Source of the DNA: the human T2T-CHM13v2.0 reference genome, Homo sapiens
Reading direction: 5' to 3' (one strand)
Length of the DNA stretch: 64,000 bases
Assembly (NCBI RefSeq): GCF_009914755.1
Contig: NC_060930.1
Shown here: one piece after another, positions 40,950-57,430 of the stretch
Position numbering within the stretch: the stretch's first letter is position 1
Layout: each line of letters begins with the position of its first letter
Program-made: the position numbers and the translations under genes
Notes under the pieces: generated by a model
Told to the model about the DNA's origin: nothing
Database searches by the model: none
Seen by the model: only the letters and a program-made list of their open reading frames with translations

Positions 40950-43900
40950 TAAAACGAACAGAGGCTGTGTTCCTCTTTTCTAATAAAGATACTGCATCTG
41001 ACACAAGCTTTTGTAATTGAGGCTACTACTTTGTTAAGTGATGGTAGTACATTATCATCACCATGGTCCATTCAGTTCTTGCTGCAGCCGGACTAGTAAA
41101 TTAAAAGGGATGTAACAGGGACTACTACCTTTGCATCCTTTAAATATTTGAGGATAGCACTAATACCTCCCATTCCCTCAATATGTAATATTTTATTTTA
41201 CTGGCCTGGGAGGGGGCATTTCAGGGGCTTCTACTCAGCCTTTTCTGCTGTAATACCTCTTATTCTATGATTCATAGGTCCTTCCAGTAGAAGACAGCTT
41301 AAAATTATAAAACAGAATAAAACCTATAGTTCATAGGGACTAATGTGTGAAAAGTCTGTCAACAGCTAAAAATGGTGATTCTGATTATACATTTGGGACT
41401 GAAGGTCCCAATGTCACAGACCACTTGTTGGGTCTGTGAATGCAGAGGACCCACTGTGCTATGGCCTTTGGTAAGGACTCTATTTATTACCTCTCATATG
41501 TCCTACTGTAATAGAGGAGACCAGGTGTTATTTTGGGTCTTCAATAATCAGTGTCACCTTGGAATCCAACAGTGCTCAAAAAAGCTGTGCATTTCCCTTA
41601 TGTCAGTGTATAGATTATCCAAGGAATTGGCTTGTAGGTCACTTTGGGGAAGGACACGGGGAATTACTAAACTGCTCATGCCAGGGTGTTTCTGAGTCCT
41701 CCTCATGAGGACCCAGCTTCTTCAGCTGATGGGTGCTGACTAAAAAATAGCTCACGATGAAACCCAGCCAAAGGATTTTCACTGTTTATTGGAACAGCTG
41801 ACCTCAGCCTTCTGCTCAACCATTCTTTACTCCACTTGATAATATATATTAAGCACACCCATAATAGCTGCCCATACATCTTGACTTTAGAAACAACATA
41901 TCCTGTTGACCATCTTTACAGATCCTGCAAGTCAAGGCCTTCTGGCTGTCATTCCAATATTGCTGCCCATAATAATTCCCACCTTGTTTCTGATGGTTAA
42001 GTGCTATTCTGGGACCCCCGTTATCTTTATTGCTGCTAGAGAACCCAGTTTTCCAATGACATCTCCTACTTTCCACCCTTGCCTACAAAAGTATAGCCAC
42101 CACTGAGCTTCTCTAAAATGCTGGTGTTCACCAGCACACTGATCACCTTGACAAATGTTGTGCCTGCAAGCTCTCCTAACATTCTCTGTTTTATATAGAA
42201 GACTCATTCTGGCATGCTCATATCAATGTGCCTTTTGATCCCCTCCTCCATAGTCTGCCATCACAGTCTGGAATCTCTACTTCATGTAATTGGAACCTGT
42301 GCTTTTTGCAATCCTCCAAGAGTCATGCCAGCAGCACACGAGATGTCTTTCAGGACCCTTGCTGGGGGTGTTAAATCTTGTGTCACCAGGGCATGGCTCC
42401 AAATTTACAAACTCTTCCTCATCCAGTTATATATTCTTCCTCTAATTGATCCAACTGCCTAAGAATTAACTCTAGGCATGCCACCCTGCTTCTTGCAGGA
42501 GAGTAAGCACTGTCTAGTAAGTGGGCTCTGCTCCCATTTGAGGCCCCTGCATAGACTTCAGGTAACGAGGGGCCTCTACCTTCCAACAAAGGAGAACGGG
42601 TCATTTCCACACATGCAAAGGTTCAGAGGAAACTGGAGGAGGTTCAAAGTTCTCAAGTGCATGTACCCTGATTGTCCCACACCAAGTCCTGAGGTTCTAA
42701 TCCTTCCCCATTAAGGACTTGACATTGGGGAAACTTGCCTAGGCTGAGAATTCAGTATCTCTTATTAAGTCCTAGTTCTGATCTTCAGCTCTATCTGCTT
42801 TTGAATGTGGGAGAAAGGTATTCTTTTAAGTGTTACCAGTGAAGTCCTCTGAATTTCACACTTGGCTTTGAATTGTTGATTAATAGATTTCAGTCTGTCA
42901 TTTCTTTTTCAATCCTTAAAGTGTGCTTAGTGAAAGCAACCTAATTCCATAATATGCCTTAGAGTTACTATTTCTCCACCTACCTCCTGTGAAAGAAAAA
43001 TAAAATCTCAGGACCCCAAACTCACTATGCCAAAGGGAAAGTTAAGCTTGGGAACTGAGTCACACCAAAAAAAAAACAAACAACAACAACAAAAAACTGC
43101 TTTCCTTTTGTTCCCAGATAGCTGTAATTTCACATGCTTACTTTATGTAAAATATAGATTTACTGAGTGTGAGACAAATGCCTAACTGACTTTTTCCCCT
43201 ACTCTCTTTTTCATCGCAAGTAAAATGTAGATTCACTGAGTGCTACTCAAAGGCTCACAAGACTATAATCACTTGCCTTATGCTTACCCTCCCTCCCTTT
43301 TTTCTTCCCCTCCTGCTTGCTCTTTCCTCTTAAATACCGAAATTTGCAAAATCCTTTATGGAAAAAACACCAGTCACAGTAACTTTTGTTTCTATTCCCA
43401 GGCATGTCCCCAACCTTAGCAAAATAAACCTCTAAGCGACTGAGATCTGTCTCAGTCCCTTTTTGGAATACACTCCAAACTCCACAGGCATTGCACTAGC
43501 TAGTGCATCCCTTTCAACCTATATACTGTCCCAGTTTGCCACAGATGAAAATCTTCGCAATCACACTGCTACAACCTGCCAGAGACTATCAAAACTCGAT
43601 TTACCTCCAGTGATGAGATATCCATTGCTGTCAGGCCAGCAAGTTATCCATTCCCAGAATTCCATCCTGAAAATCTATTTCCAAAGCCTAAGCTATTCTG
43701 ATACCCTTTCTTAGGTTGGGCCCCCTAGATGCAGAACCTGAGATGGGGATTCTTCTATGATTTATTGAAGGATGGTTCATAAGAGGAGTGGGAGAAGCAG
43801 GACAGGGTCGAGGGGAAAGTAAAGCAAGATGTGGCCCAAGATGCAGACTGAAAGTATTGCAAGATGTAGTTGAAAAGTACCAGCAGCCTGATCCCACCTT

Positions 43901-44170
43901 GAGGCAAAGGGATGCAGAGTGTGCAACTCTGATGCACACACTGCATCAGAGTTAGTCCCACCTTGAGGCAAAAGGATGACATCTTTCCTTCCTTTTAGGT
44001 CTGTTGTTGACTGCAAGCTATTAATGCAAGAAGGGAACCTCCTGGCCAAGGCAGCTTCTGTTTGACTGCGGGCAATTCTCTGAAGCAAGTAAACAGTCAC
44101 TCGAGGGTGATGAAAAAGCATCCCTAGGTGTGGTTGTGGCATCTTGGTCACCTATGTGCCACCTGCCAGT
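40950..44170 (-). mobile_element. Degenerate ERVL/MaLR-type internal region with LTR at ~43705-44170
   Basis: Minus-strand GGTATCAGAA PBS-like junction next to an LTR-like block (cttaggttggg...gcagaacctgagatgggg); gag/pol-like decayed sequence; family assignment from memory. Confidence 0.55.
42988..43472 (+). mobile_element. MER4-group ERV1 solo LTR nested in the older ERV
   Basis: TGTGAAAGAAAAATAAAATCTCAGGACCCCAAACTCACT...AATAAACCTCT...ACA; 4-bp TSD CTCC. Confidence 0.85.
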
Positions 44171-44309
44171 GCAAGGATTTGTCATAGTTATAGTGACCGT
44201 GCTAAAGTTAAAGAACACCCATAGCATTTGACGGGTGGACACACCAGCCAAGTGAAATGGGATCTGGGTAGAGCACTCACTGCACGCATTTACCTGTGAG
44301 TCTACGAAC

Positions 44310-45960
<1,651 letters not shown>

Positions 45961-47426
45961 ACAAGAACATTTAAGTTGGAAGTAACTACGGGATATACAA
46001 CTGAGTGCTGTATACATGGATCTGCAGCTCCCAGGGAGAAGCCCGACCGGGAGATGCAGATTTGGAAGTCGAAAGCACATAGGTAGCTGTTAAGATCATG
46101 ACTGTGAATGAGATTGCTCAGGGAGATCTTAGGGATTGAAAGAATTAAGAGAAGCCACTAAATTAGCAGCCAGAAATTAAAAGAGAACTAGGACAATCCT
46201 AATAGTTATCTGTAGCCAAAAAGAATATAGTGTAACCAATGGGAGTTGCTTCATCTAGTTTTGAACTTAATGTATATTTGTCTTTGCATTTTTAAAATGA
46301 TTCTGTTACTACTAAAGCAATGAATTTGTTAAATCAACCAAAAGTGAAATAAGTGTAGGATATCCTGTATCATTTCTCTTTTTAATGAAGGACTGAATTT
46401 GATTATGAGGGCATTTGAGAATCCTATACAAGGCTTTAATAGACTAGAGTCCCACTAGGGGGAGAAAAAACACTTGGAGACCTGCAGGAAAGCTGTTTAT
46501 TTTCATAAATAAGTATTTTACAACAAAATGCATGCTAGCAATTTTGCAATACCTTGTAGAAATTACATTGTTGGTGGTAGAAAGTTTCTAATGTCAATTA
46601 ACCACGTAGTCTAAAGAGATTTGACTCTGGCAATTTAGATGCCTCATTTGTTGTGGAGGCTTTTTTTTTTTTTTTTAACTCATATGGAATAACAAAGATA
46701 AACTGATCATGTGCACAAGAAATATATTAATGTACTCTTAGTCATGGGATTCAATCACACATTTGTTATTATATATCAATAAATCAAAATGCTTGTGCTT
46801 AACTGTTTTGGTTTCTCAAACATGCATAGAGAAAATAGCAAAACTATTTAATTAAAAATAGAATGAAAGCAGTGAATATCCACAAACTAAAGCAAGATGT
46901 TTTTGGAAAATTGTAAATTGATTCCTATAGACATATGTACACAAAATGCATGTAATATGTGTAATCTATTCTGTTTTAAAATATACCTTTATAATAAAAA
47001 TTCTGCACCTATGTTTCATAAAAGAAATAATGGTGACTTTTGAATATACCTAAAATTTTTATCAAATAAATATCATGCATGTGAAACTGTAAAAAAATTT
47101 CTTTACATAATGAAGCTGAATATCCATGCCAAACAGAAACAGACGTATCTTTTAATGTGCTGAATTTCTACATGATTTTAAGTCAAAAATGTTTCTAGTG
47201 TTTGTGAAAAAAATGCCATAAAAAGGATTAATACATGAAATATTAGCAACACAACATCCTAAACAAGCAATAAACCATCTAAACACATTTTGATTATATA
47301 AAATGTAGGTCTCCTTGCTCAAAAGATAGAGTGAACTTCAGTCATTTTAGAGCGTGCAATGATACAGAAAAACCTAAATGCTCATAATTGATCAAAATAC
47401 AAATAATTTTCCTTAAAGAGACATTC

Positions 47427-47731
47427 TTTTTTTTTTTTTTTTTTTTTTTTGAGACGGAGTCTCGCTCTGTCGCCCAGGCTGGAGTGCAGTGGCGCGATCT
47501 CGGCTCACAGCAAGCTCCGCCTCCTGGCTTCACGCCATTCTCCTGCCTCAGCCTCTTGAGTAGCTGGGACTACAGGCACCCGCCACCACGCCTGGCTAAT
47601 TTTTTTGTATTTGTAGTAGAGACGGGGTTTCACCATGTTAGCCAGGATGGTCTCGATCTCCTGACCTCGTGATCCACCCGCCTCAGCCTCCCAACGTGCT
47701 GGGATTACAGGTGTGAACCACCGTGCTGGCC
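47427..47731 (-). mobile_element. AluY
   Basis: gcaagctccgcctcc, ttcacgccattctcc, long T tail. Confidence 0.94.
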
Positions 47732-49610
47732 TTCAATTTAATCTTTACTTACATCAACAATCACCCATTATCATTGTACCCATTAAAGATTTAAGGCACA
47801 AGAAAAAACACTGAAGCAAAAGACAAAACAGGCTTTCTCGAAAATTCTCCTAAGAATGACTACAATCATTCCCTCTTTCCATATGTCATTGCATTCGTGA
47901 CAATAAATGAAACAAACTATATCGTTCAAGCTGATGAAACTACAGAGAATTCATCTGGTCCCATTCTTAGAGTAAAGCTGAAGTCGTTGTTGGCGTTAAG
48001 TCAACAGAGCTCCACTGGTTACACCTCCTCATTTTATAAATGCCTTATGGTAATCCAGGCATTTTTAAAAACTGTCCTAACTCCCCATCTCCTACAGGAT
48101 GTTATGCCTCTTCAAAAAACAGTATCTTTTTCCTTATCAACATAAGGGAACACTCTTGTATTCCCCATTCATGTCACTCAAACTTCATGGGAGGAAATAT
48201 ACAAATTTCATGTAGGGAGAACAAAAATCAGTCCCATCTAAATGTCCCGATATGTTTTAAAGAGGAAAAATCTTGTGGTATTTACAAAAATGATATTTAA
48301 TGACAAAGAACTGTATGTGTTCATCATCTTAGAGTAACAGACTAACCTTTTAAAAATGGTTTCATTCCTGAAGAATGCCAAAATGCTTCCGCACTGAACC
48401 TGAACATTATATAAACTAATGGACCAATAAGTCAGTCTTTCATTCTATTTGTGATACCCCGGCTAACTGGTATGAAAAAGAGTCCTGACACATCTATGTA
48501 AATCACACATGCACACACATGGTCACAAACAGTAATAACAGAATCTGTATTGGTATAAAAGAATCTACACCTGAAATGTATCGTGCTTAAGGTTGATGGA
48601 AAAGAACCATGCTCTGTAGTTACTTCAGGAAAACAAGATATGTCTTGGTTTCTGTTTTGGTTTATGTGATATATCACATTTTAAAAACCGGATTTGTTTC
48701 AACACCTCCCTAGAATACATTTTTCATTGACATGCTGGTTTCTTATTTGGAGAAGAATTTTAAATCTCTTAAAGTCTTAGGAAATCAAGATTTAAAGCAC
48801 CATAATATATATCATTTCTTAGCATTTCCTCTCACGTTTTAACTCATTGCTTCTCTCAACTTCACCCAAAAGAGCCTTGTTTTATTAATAACGCTGTGCC
48901 TCAGGAGGCCTTTTTAATGTTTTAAAGTGTGTGAGTGCATCTGTATAAGTATTTGATACATATCTATGTCTACATGCTATATTTCTGTTCAGATTGGCCA
49001 CAGTTTCCATGTGATGCTTTCTGTTGATGAATTAATCTACTTTTTAAACTTTGCTTTTGCAAGGTTTGTTGAACAAAAAATGAAAGAAAGCTTCCTGTTG
49101 TCTTGCGGCCACTAATTTAAATGCACAGATTTTTTTCTAGGTGAATGAACTTTATCCTTTGTGTATAAGGTAGGTCATTCAATGACAATGTTTAGGATGT
49201 TAGTTTATGAGCTATAAATTGGAAGAGTTGGCAGGAATAATACCATATTAATATGGGTTCACAACTGTGAGCCTAGAGATATCTCACTCTGAACCACGTA
49301 TGTATGGGATAGTTCTGTCTTCACACACCACATAGCAAGAATTCACACCTTTACAATAAAACAGGAGGCATGATAGCATCACACTTTTCCTATGAGTGTG
49401 GCAACCTAACATTCCCCCAAAAACATATAGGAAAAATGTCTTAAAAAAATAAAGTCATCCTAAGGTCATAGAGAAGAATAAGAAGTAAAAAGTTATTTTA
49501 TGGTCATAGTATCGTATTTTATAAGTCAATGGGCACTCAATAGCTATTTTAACAGAAGTTAACCCAGGTAAAACACCCTTAGCCTCAAAATGACTTTTGT
49601 CAAAATCTTC

Positions 49611-49616
49611 TTTATT
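49611..49616 (-). terminator. DCDC2: Probable distal DCDC2 polyadenylation signal
   Basis: TTTATT on +; GU-rich GGGTGTTTT downstream on the - strand. Confidence 0.65.
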
Positions 49617-50546
49617 TGCTCTGTAAAACTCTTAATGCCCCAATTTTACTAACAAACCATTTGTTTACAAGTGTCTTAAAATCCAGATAAGTTTAACAAA
49701 GTGGTTTCATAAAACTATAAAAACTATGTATATAGCATCACAAAGAATTAACATATTAAAGCATTATATTGGTTATCACATAAAAGCATCATAAGTTTTT
49801 CGTAGCACTCTCTCTAGAAAACAGTACATGAAGCCAAACCAAGATCTTGTCTGTCCACTCACATAAAAGGTCCCAGGTCTGTCAATGAGTTTCATTTAAT
49901 TTGGAGAGCCAGTCTGCCACGGAGACCACCATTCTCCAGAGAGAAAACTGCCACATTTGTGAGGTGAATGAACTTTCAGCATTTATGTTAAAGTCATCTC
50001 TGAAGTGACATCCACAATTTTAATTCCAAGTGAATGGTTTTTTCCTTGGCTAGGCACCTTTTTTTAGTAACATGTTTGCAAAGTGTCTTAAAGTGATAAG
50101 TCGTTATTCATCCCCTCAAAGTAGGTCACAATTGTATCTTGTCAACAAGTGGTAAAATATGCACACACAAGGGATGAATATGTCCCCATTTTTAAGTTTT
50201 TTTGGTACAGTTATTGTGGCTTATTACCCCCTTGAAGTATATTTAAAATACCAAACGTTATTATTCATGTAAAATATCAATGTTGTGCTTCATTAAAATG
50301 ACGCTTAAGGTGTTTCCTAAAACCTAAGTTTCATAATATAATGAATAAAAGGACAGGAAAAAAAGAAATATTTTTATTAGAGGAGGAAAAGAGAAAGAGA
50401 AACTCTCCATTGAAGAAACAAAAGAGAATCACCTTGATAATTAGTTATAATTTCTTACATTTAATCAGTTATTTTTAGAAACTATTTGAAATCATTAACT
50501 CCAGACCCAGTAATAGTGCACAAATTTAATATTAAAAGACCAACTG

Positions 50547-50860
<314 letters not shown>

Positions 50861-52565
50861 TCAATTGGTCTATTTGCCTAGCAACCCAAGATTGTTGCTT
50901 ATAGCCCACAGTGCTTTATATCATCCCATTTGAAAAAGTAACGCTAGTAGAAAGCACAATTTAGATTTTACACCAGAAACATAGTACCCTGTTTCTAATT
51001 CATGCTCCCAGATCACTATATCCTTGTGTCATTATCTCTTCCAAATACTGTTACATTATCTCTCTGTTTACACTTCTGATCTGTGGAAAATACCAAAATC
51101 ATATTAAGAAAAAACACATCTATTTTCTATAGTATTATTAAGTGCTTTATATAACTGCCAACTCTTTATTCCAAATGAAACCTGGAAGAGAAAAAATGTT
51201 TTAAACTTGTAATTGTGAATTTTAGAAAAGCACTAGAAGTTAAAATTTCAAGCTTACAACTTCCACATAATTAAAAATATATCCTTTAAGAAAAATATAT
51301 TATTTCTATATTTATGGAAGAACATCTCTTAAGAATTCATAAAAAGGACGAAATTATGTTTTAATTATGTTTTTATGTTTTCCCCATACATACCTCACAA
51401 GGCAACTATAAATCAATTTAGTCAGTCCATGAAGTTGTGATTCAGGAATTGGTTTCATTATAATAACTTCTAAAGTTTTACAATTTCTATCAGATGCCTT
51501 CTAATTACAAAGAAATCTGCTTGAAATTCTAACTATATCATGCTAGGAAAAATAAATATTTGCTGATATCCCTAGGGCAAAAACATAGTAAAACAGTCTT
51601 AATAGAAATAAGGCAAAAAACAAGTTAAATTGAGCAGTCACAAACTCTTCATATAGTCTACTTTTTTCTTCCTAATACACTTTTATTTTTGTTGAAAACT
51701 ATTTGAAAATAATTTAATCTTTGGAATAGCCAATATCAGGTTCTCTAATAACATAAGGGAGAAGAGAGAGATACTATTGGTAAAGATAGACTGGATCAGT
51801 GAAAATCCACAGGATTTCCATTATCTGCAAACCATACATCCAGGCTTTATAATATAACTGGGTGCTCCTTTACAATTCCTTCCTGAGTGTGCGCCATTGG
51901 AGCCACAAGCATGCAAGCCTGAAAGCATTTAAGTGACGGCATGGCGATACTAGTCACTAACACTCTGAACCAATGCTTCCTCCCACCAAAATGAACGCCT
52001 TGCTCTGTCTTTGTAGTTCAAAGGTGGATTTTGGCTAAGGAGGAAGAAAGAAAGGCATGTTAACAAGTCATGGACACATTTTGATCTACTGCCATCTCCA
52101 AATTATGTCTGAAAGTAAATCGCAATCTGTTCATTCAAGAGTTTATTGCTTTAAGAAAATAGTACATGCTTTCCTATTACCAGTTCTTTAAAATTCTACG
52201 CCTTCCTAGAGAAAAATTATTTAGAATAAACTGCCTTCTAAACTTATAATAAAGCGTACAATAAGAGTGATCCTATTTTTCATCCTTTACAAGTGGCAAT
52301 TGTCTTCCAGTGCAAATTCTCCTCTGTCCGTCTTATTTAATATTTCTATATGACTTTTAAAACACATGCAATAAAAGTAAGTAATTATCCTTTAGTAGCC
52401 ATTTAAAGTTATCTGGTCTTTCCACTAGGCTTCTAATGTTATAATTCGTAGGTAGTATTCGACCATAGTGTCACATTATATTCAGCAATAACTATGTGCT
52501 TATCTTTCAAGTATGATAACCCTTCATTTTTCTTGCGATCCATATACTCTCTTTTTAAAAATCTT

Positions 52566-52670
52566 CTAAGCCACGGCAGCATAGTCCTTGTTTTGTTGGT
52601 TGTTTTCATTTTCTTCTGGACTGGTAATTTTTACTTCTGGCCTTGGTGGTCTTTGAGGGTCTACATCAGC
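52566..52670 (-). CDS. DCDC2: DCDC2 last coding exon (ADVDPQRPPRPEVKITSPEENENNQQNKDYAAVA*)
   Basis: Acceptor ttttcttctag|GCT, 34 codons plus TAG, in phase with the upstream exon; matches the DCDC2 C-terminus as recalled. Confidence 0.95.
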   Translation of the reverse strand, partial: ADVDPQRPPRPEVKITSPEENENNQQNKDYAAVA

Positions 52671-53845
52671 CTAGAAGAAAATAGATCAAAACAAAGGTAT
52701 TCAGCTGTTTGGTTCACAAAGGTAATGACATTTATAAAGAAAAAATTACTCAAGATTCTATTTAATTATATAAATATTTAACTAAAAAGAGTTCCTGGGG
52801 TTCCCTTTGTTTTTTTGTCTATCATTACCCAGTGGACATACTGTTTTCTCAACACTTGTACAAAAGTCCTTTTGGGGTTCATAATCTACTAGTGCTTGAA
52901 AGGCCCTGACTCATTTTGTATGCTGCAGGCTTTATTTTTCTCATTTTTTCTTGATTTCTCTTTGAGCTTTTCTTCAATTTAGTTATACTTTTCAGTTTAG
53001 CATTTTCAGAGACAAAGGAAGAAAAAATTCAGGGACATTCTCCTAATTTTAGTTTCCTCCTAGAATTCACAAATTCGTTGTGAATATGGTACCAAGTACC
53101 ATCAAGTAGCAAGTAGATAAGAAAAAGACAGAAAATCAAAATGTGGAGGCAGCATTTCTCCAACAACAACTATTGCTCCTGCCACTTGGGTTTTTCCTGT
53201 TAATAATGACATTGTCTCATGTACAACTCACCTTTCCCCGACTACACTGAAAACTGAGTGGGTGAGATTAGAACCAGCAGGTTTGCAAAGTCTGCTCTAT
53301 GAAATCCTAGAGGCTCCACAGCCCCCACAAGGGCACCCAGTCTGGGGGACAGAGTAGCTCCAGGTTCCCCAAACCACACAGGCCATGACTGATGCTTTGA
53401 AGAAATTATATATATATATGACTGGTGCCGTGTCTTATTTCACACTGTTCCTTTGTGAAATGTCTCAAATGGTATCTTGAATATAGTACAAGTTCAATCT
53501 CAATAAATGTCAACTGTTTCTTGTAAATTCTCTGTATTTCCTGGTATTTTCCTACAATCATATCTCGCTTTGTACAAGAATTGTTACATGGAACAAAATG
53601 TTACACGGTGAACAGAATTTCTAGTCATTTTATTAGTAGACAGTCCTTCTGTAAAAGTTAACTATTCATTTTTAACTTACAATTCACATAAATTTGGTTT
53701 CTCATATATTTCGGTATGCTTAAAATATACCTATACTAATATGTTAGGGAGAACAAGATAAAATATATCATTGTTATAAGAAAGAGATGAGTCAAATAAG
53801 ATTAAATCTCTTTGTGAGTAACTGCTCTGTTACTAATCCCTAATT

Positions 53846-54140
53846 AGGCCGGGCATGGTGGCACGTGGCTGTAATCTCATCACTTTGAGAGGTCAAGGCA
53901 AGAGGATCGCTTGAGTCCAGGAGTTAAAAACCAGCCTGTGCAACACAGGGAGGGAGACTTCCTCCATATTAAAAAATATGTATATATGGCCTGGCATGGT
54001 GGCACCTGTGGGCCCAGCTATCACAGGAGGATGAAGTGGGAGGATCACTTGAGCCCGGGAGGTCAAAGCTGCAGTGAGCTGTGATCACGCCACTGAACTC
54101 CAGCCTGGGTAGCAGAGTGAGACCTTGTCACAAAAAAAAA
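53846..54140 (+). mobile_element. AluJ in the last DCDC2 intron
   Basis: J-type dimer; TSD-like TCCCTAATTA. Confidence 0.9.
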
Positions 54141-54309
54141 GTCCCTAATTAGATGTTGTCTCAAAAAAAAAATCACAAACTAGGCACTTCCTTATTTGAA
54201 CTCCCAAGAATTTAGATTCACTCTCATTACATACCACAGGTCAATGCCAAATTACATAACCTTGATCTTGACGGATGCCCAATTCCTATCAAAAGCCTAT
54301 TTTTCCCCT

Positions 54310-54782
54310 TTAAAAAAAATATTCATTTGTCATAATTGGCAAATAAAAATTGTAGGTTCATAGCATACAAAATGATGTTTTGAAATATGTATCCATTGTG
54401 GAATGGCTTGAGTTAATTAACATACACCTTACCTCACATACTTATCTTTTGTGGTGAGAACCCTTCAAATCTGCTCTGTTAGTGATTTTCAAGTATACAA
54501 TACATTGTTATTATACGTTAGACACCTTACTGTACAATAGATCTCTTGAACTTATTCCTCCTTTCTCGCAGAAATTTTGTATCATTTGACCAACATCTCT
54601 CCAACCCTGTACTCAGTCCCTGGTAACCACCATTCTACCTTCTACTTCTATGAGTTTAACTGTTTTTAGATTACACATATAAGTGAGATCATATGGTATG
54701 TGTCTTTCTTTGATTGGCTAATTTCACTTAACATAATATCCTCCAGGTTTATTCATGTCATTGCAAATTACAGGATTATTTT
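54310..54782 (-). mobile_element. L1MA 3' end
   Basis: atgatgttttgaaatatgtat...ccctggtaaccaccattcta...cacatataagtgagatcat. Confidence 0.85.
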
Positions 54783-56165
54783 TTAAAGTTATATTTATGG
54801 AAGATGGAAGGACAGGCAATCCATTCATTTCTGTAAAATCTATTTATGTGATATGTTGAATTAAGCTAGACCACTGGAAAAAAATCATGTTGGATCTTAC
54901 TATCTAGTCCCACACAGAATTACACTTTGATTTCATTTTGTAAGCTTTCATCAAAAGCTACTACAACAAAGAGTTGTATGAAACCTACTATTACAGGTGC
55001 CATATAAATGACGCTGAGGACTATGTAGAACTAATATGGGGAATTTCTTATAGAATAGGACTATGATTATCTCACCATGAGAAAAGATAAGAGACATGCT
55101 GAGCATTTTCATTTAGATGTTAAGAACATTTTGAATAACTCATATAGTGGATTGCAGATAACTTCGTACTGTTACTGAAACCTGGCCACCAGAACATTTT
55201 GCATTTTGCCACCGCTAAACTTGCTTTCCCTAAGCAAGATAAATCAGATGCATCAATAATAAATAATCAAGTAGACCTCAGTGATCATAGTGGGTATTAG
55301 GAATGAGTAGTCCAAGGCCCACTTCAGCAGTTACAGCCTTGAGGGAGGTGGACCTTGAACTGACGGATAGACAGGAAGGGATGGGATAAGCAGATGGTGA
55401 GAATGTTATGGAGAACATCCTGCCTCTTATGCTGTGAGACTCAACTTGAGCCTGGCAGCAACAGGATCATATTGTCCCGTGGAAGAATGCCAGGACTGAT
55501 GAGTATCCAACTCCAGGATCAGACATAGAAGAACAGGCTAGGAAAAGAGAGATTTCACCAGATATTACTTTTTCTGTTCTCTTATTTTCACCACATATTT
55601 CTTTATCCTCTCTGTATAATAAATAGAACTGTATACTACCCAAGTGCCTAATGTGTTGAATGCTTAATTTGATTAATCTATTTAAAGTAGAAAAAAGCAA
55701 ACTAACTTCAGTACTTCTAGAGATCAAAGAAATCACTCATAATAGAGAAAGTATTCCTTATTTCATGTCTAGGTCTCACTGGTCTTGATATTCTTTTTTG
55801 GTTTCTACCTTCTCTGGTCTTAACTTATTCTTACTTTTTTATATTTCTTTCTTGGATTATGTATGTTCTTAGAAGGCTCTGTACATTTTCTTGTAAAATT
55901 AGGCAGGAGGTAAATAGATGGATGGGTCAATGGCTAAATGTATGAATGGCAGAAGGGCAGACACAAACTGTCAGGTCAATGGCAGTATTGTTAAATGGTT
56001 GAAATAACTAGTAAGTAAAGGGATTAAATGGTATTGGATCTTTCCTACTCAACCACAAGTGGTTTCAATACAAGTCCTAAACACTTGATTAATTCTCTGA
56101 ATGCACGCATGTACACACACACATATTCATGCATTCACATAAGCAAGCAAAAGCAATAGAAATAC

Positions 56166-56468
56166 CTCATCTTGTCCACTGCCAGCTCCTTGAGACTTTC
56201 TTTCCTTGTCTAGGACCAGTTGAAGCTCATTATTAACCTGCTGCAGCTCCTCACCATTCTCCTCATCGGTGCCTCCATTTACACGAGCAGGGCGTGCCTG
56301 CTGCTCACTGTGATCCAGAATCTCCTCGACTTGCTCAGGGGCATCTGTAGCCTCCCTACCTCCTTCCTCTTCAAGGTCACCATTCATTCCTGAAAAGTCT
56401 TCTTTCTGTTCTGCATCCTTGTTTGCCTTCTCTCCATCTTCTTCCTCGTCTACTATTTCTGCTGGCCT
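56166..56468 (-). CDS. DCDC2: DCDC2 penultimate exon (303 nt, RPAEIVDEEEDG...GAGSGQDE), acidic C-terminal region
   Basis: Acceptor catcag|AGG, donor GAG|GTATTT, open phase 0-0 frame of 101 codons; recognisable DCDC2 sequence. Confidence 0.95.
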
Positions 56469-57102
56469 CTGATGGATCAAAAGGAATAATGGATAAAAGT
56501 AAGAAGCATAACAGAACATTTCCACTGCACATCATAGTAATGTAATACTTATATTACAGTCAAGTAAAACATTCTTACATTTGCATAGTACTTTACAGTA
56601 TAGAATGCACTTACGTTTACTGAGTACCTACCACATGCCACATGTTACAAGCATTCCCTCATTTAATCGTCACAACAATCCTTTGAAATTGTTATCATTC
56701 CCATTTTGCAGATGAGAAAACTAAACAGGTGGAGCCCAAGATCCCACAGAAAGAGCCAGAGTTTGAACTAGGCCTGTGACTCCAGAACCAGTGCTTGTAA
56801 CCCCCATGGCAGATAGAAAGCCAAACCGCAAGGTCCTTGGCCACTGTCTAGTGAAGCACCTGGCCCAGAGGAAGAGGTTTAAAAAAAAAAAGTCTTTGTG
56901 GAAAGATTGTCATCCTCAAGGCTAAGGATGAGGGCAATGGCACCAGGCTGTGAATTCATGTTTTCTGACGTGGAATGTAGACAGCTTTCCCCACAATGCC
57001 TAAGGAAGCTGACAGCTTCTCTCTAAACACAATAACTGATTTTCCTGCAGATCTAAGGTCAAGAAACTATATGTCCTCTCTGTAAGAATAATAAATGCTG
57101 AG

Positions 57103-57430
<328 letters not shown>

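Noticed and set aside
56127-56525. ORF as a stand-alone 132-aa gene
   Set aside because: It is the DCDC2 exon 56166-56468 plus intronic run-on
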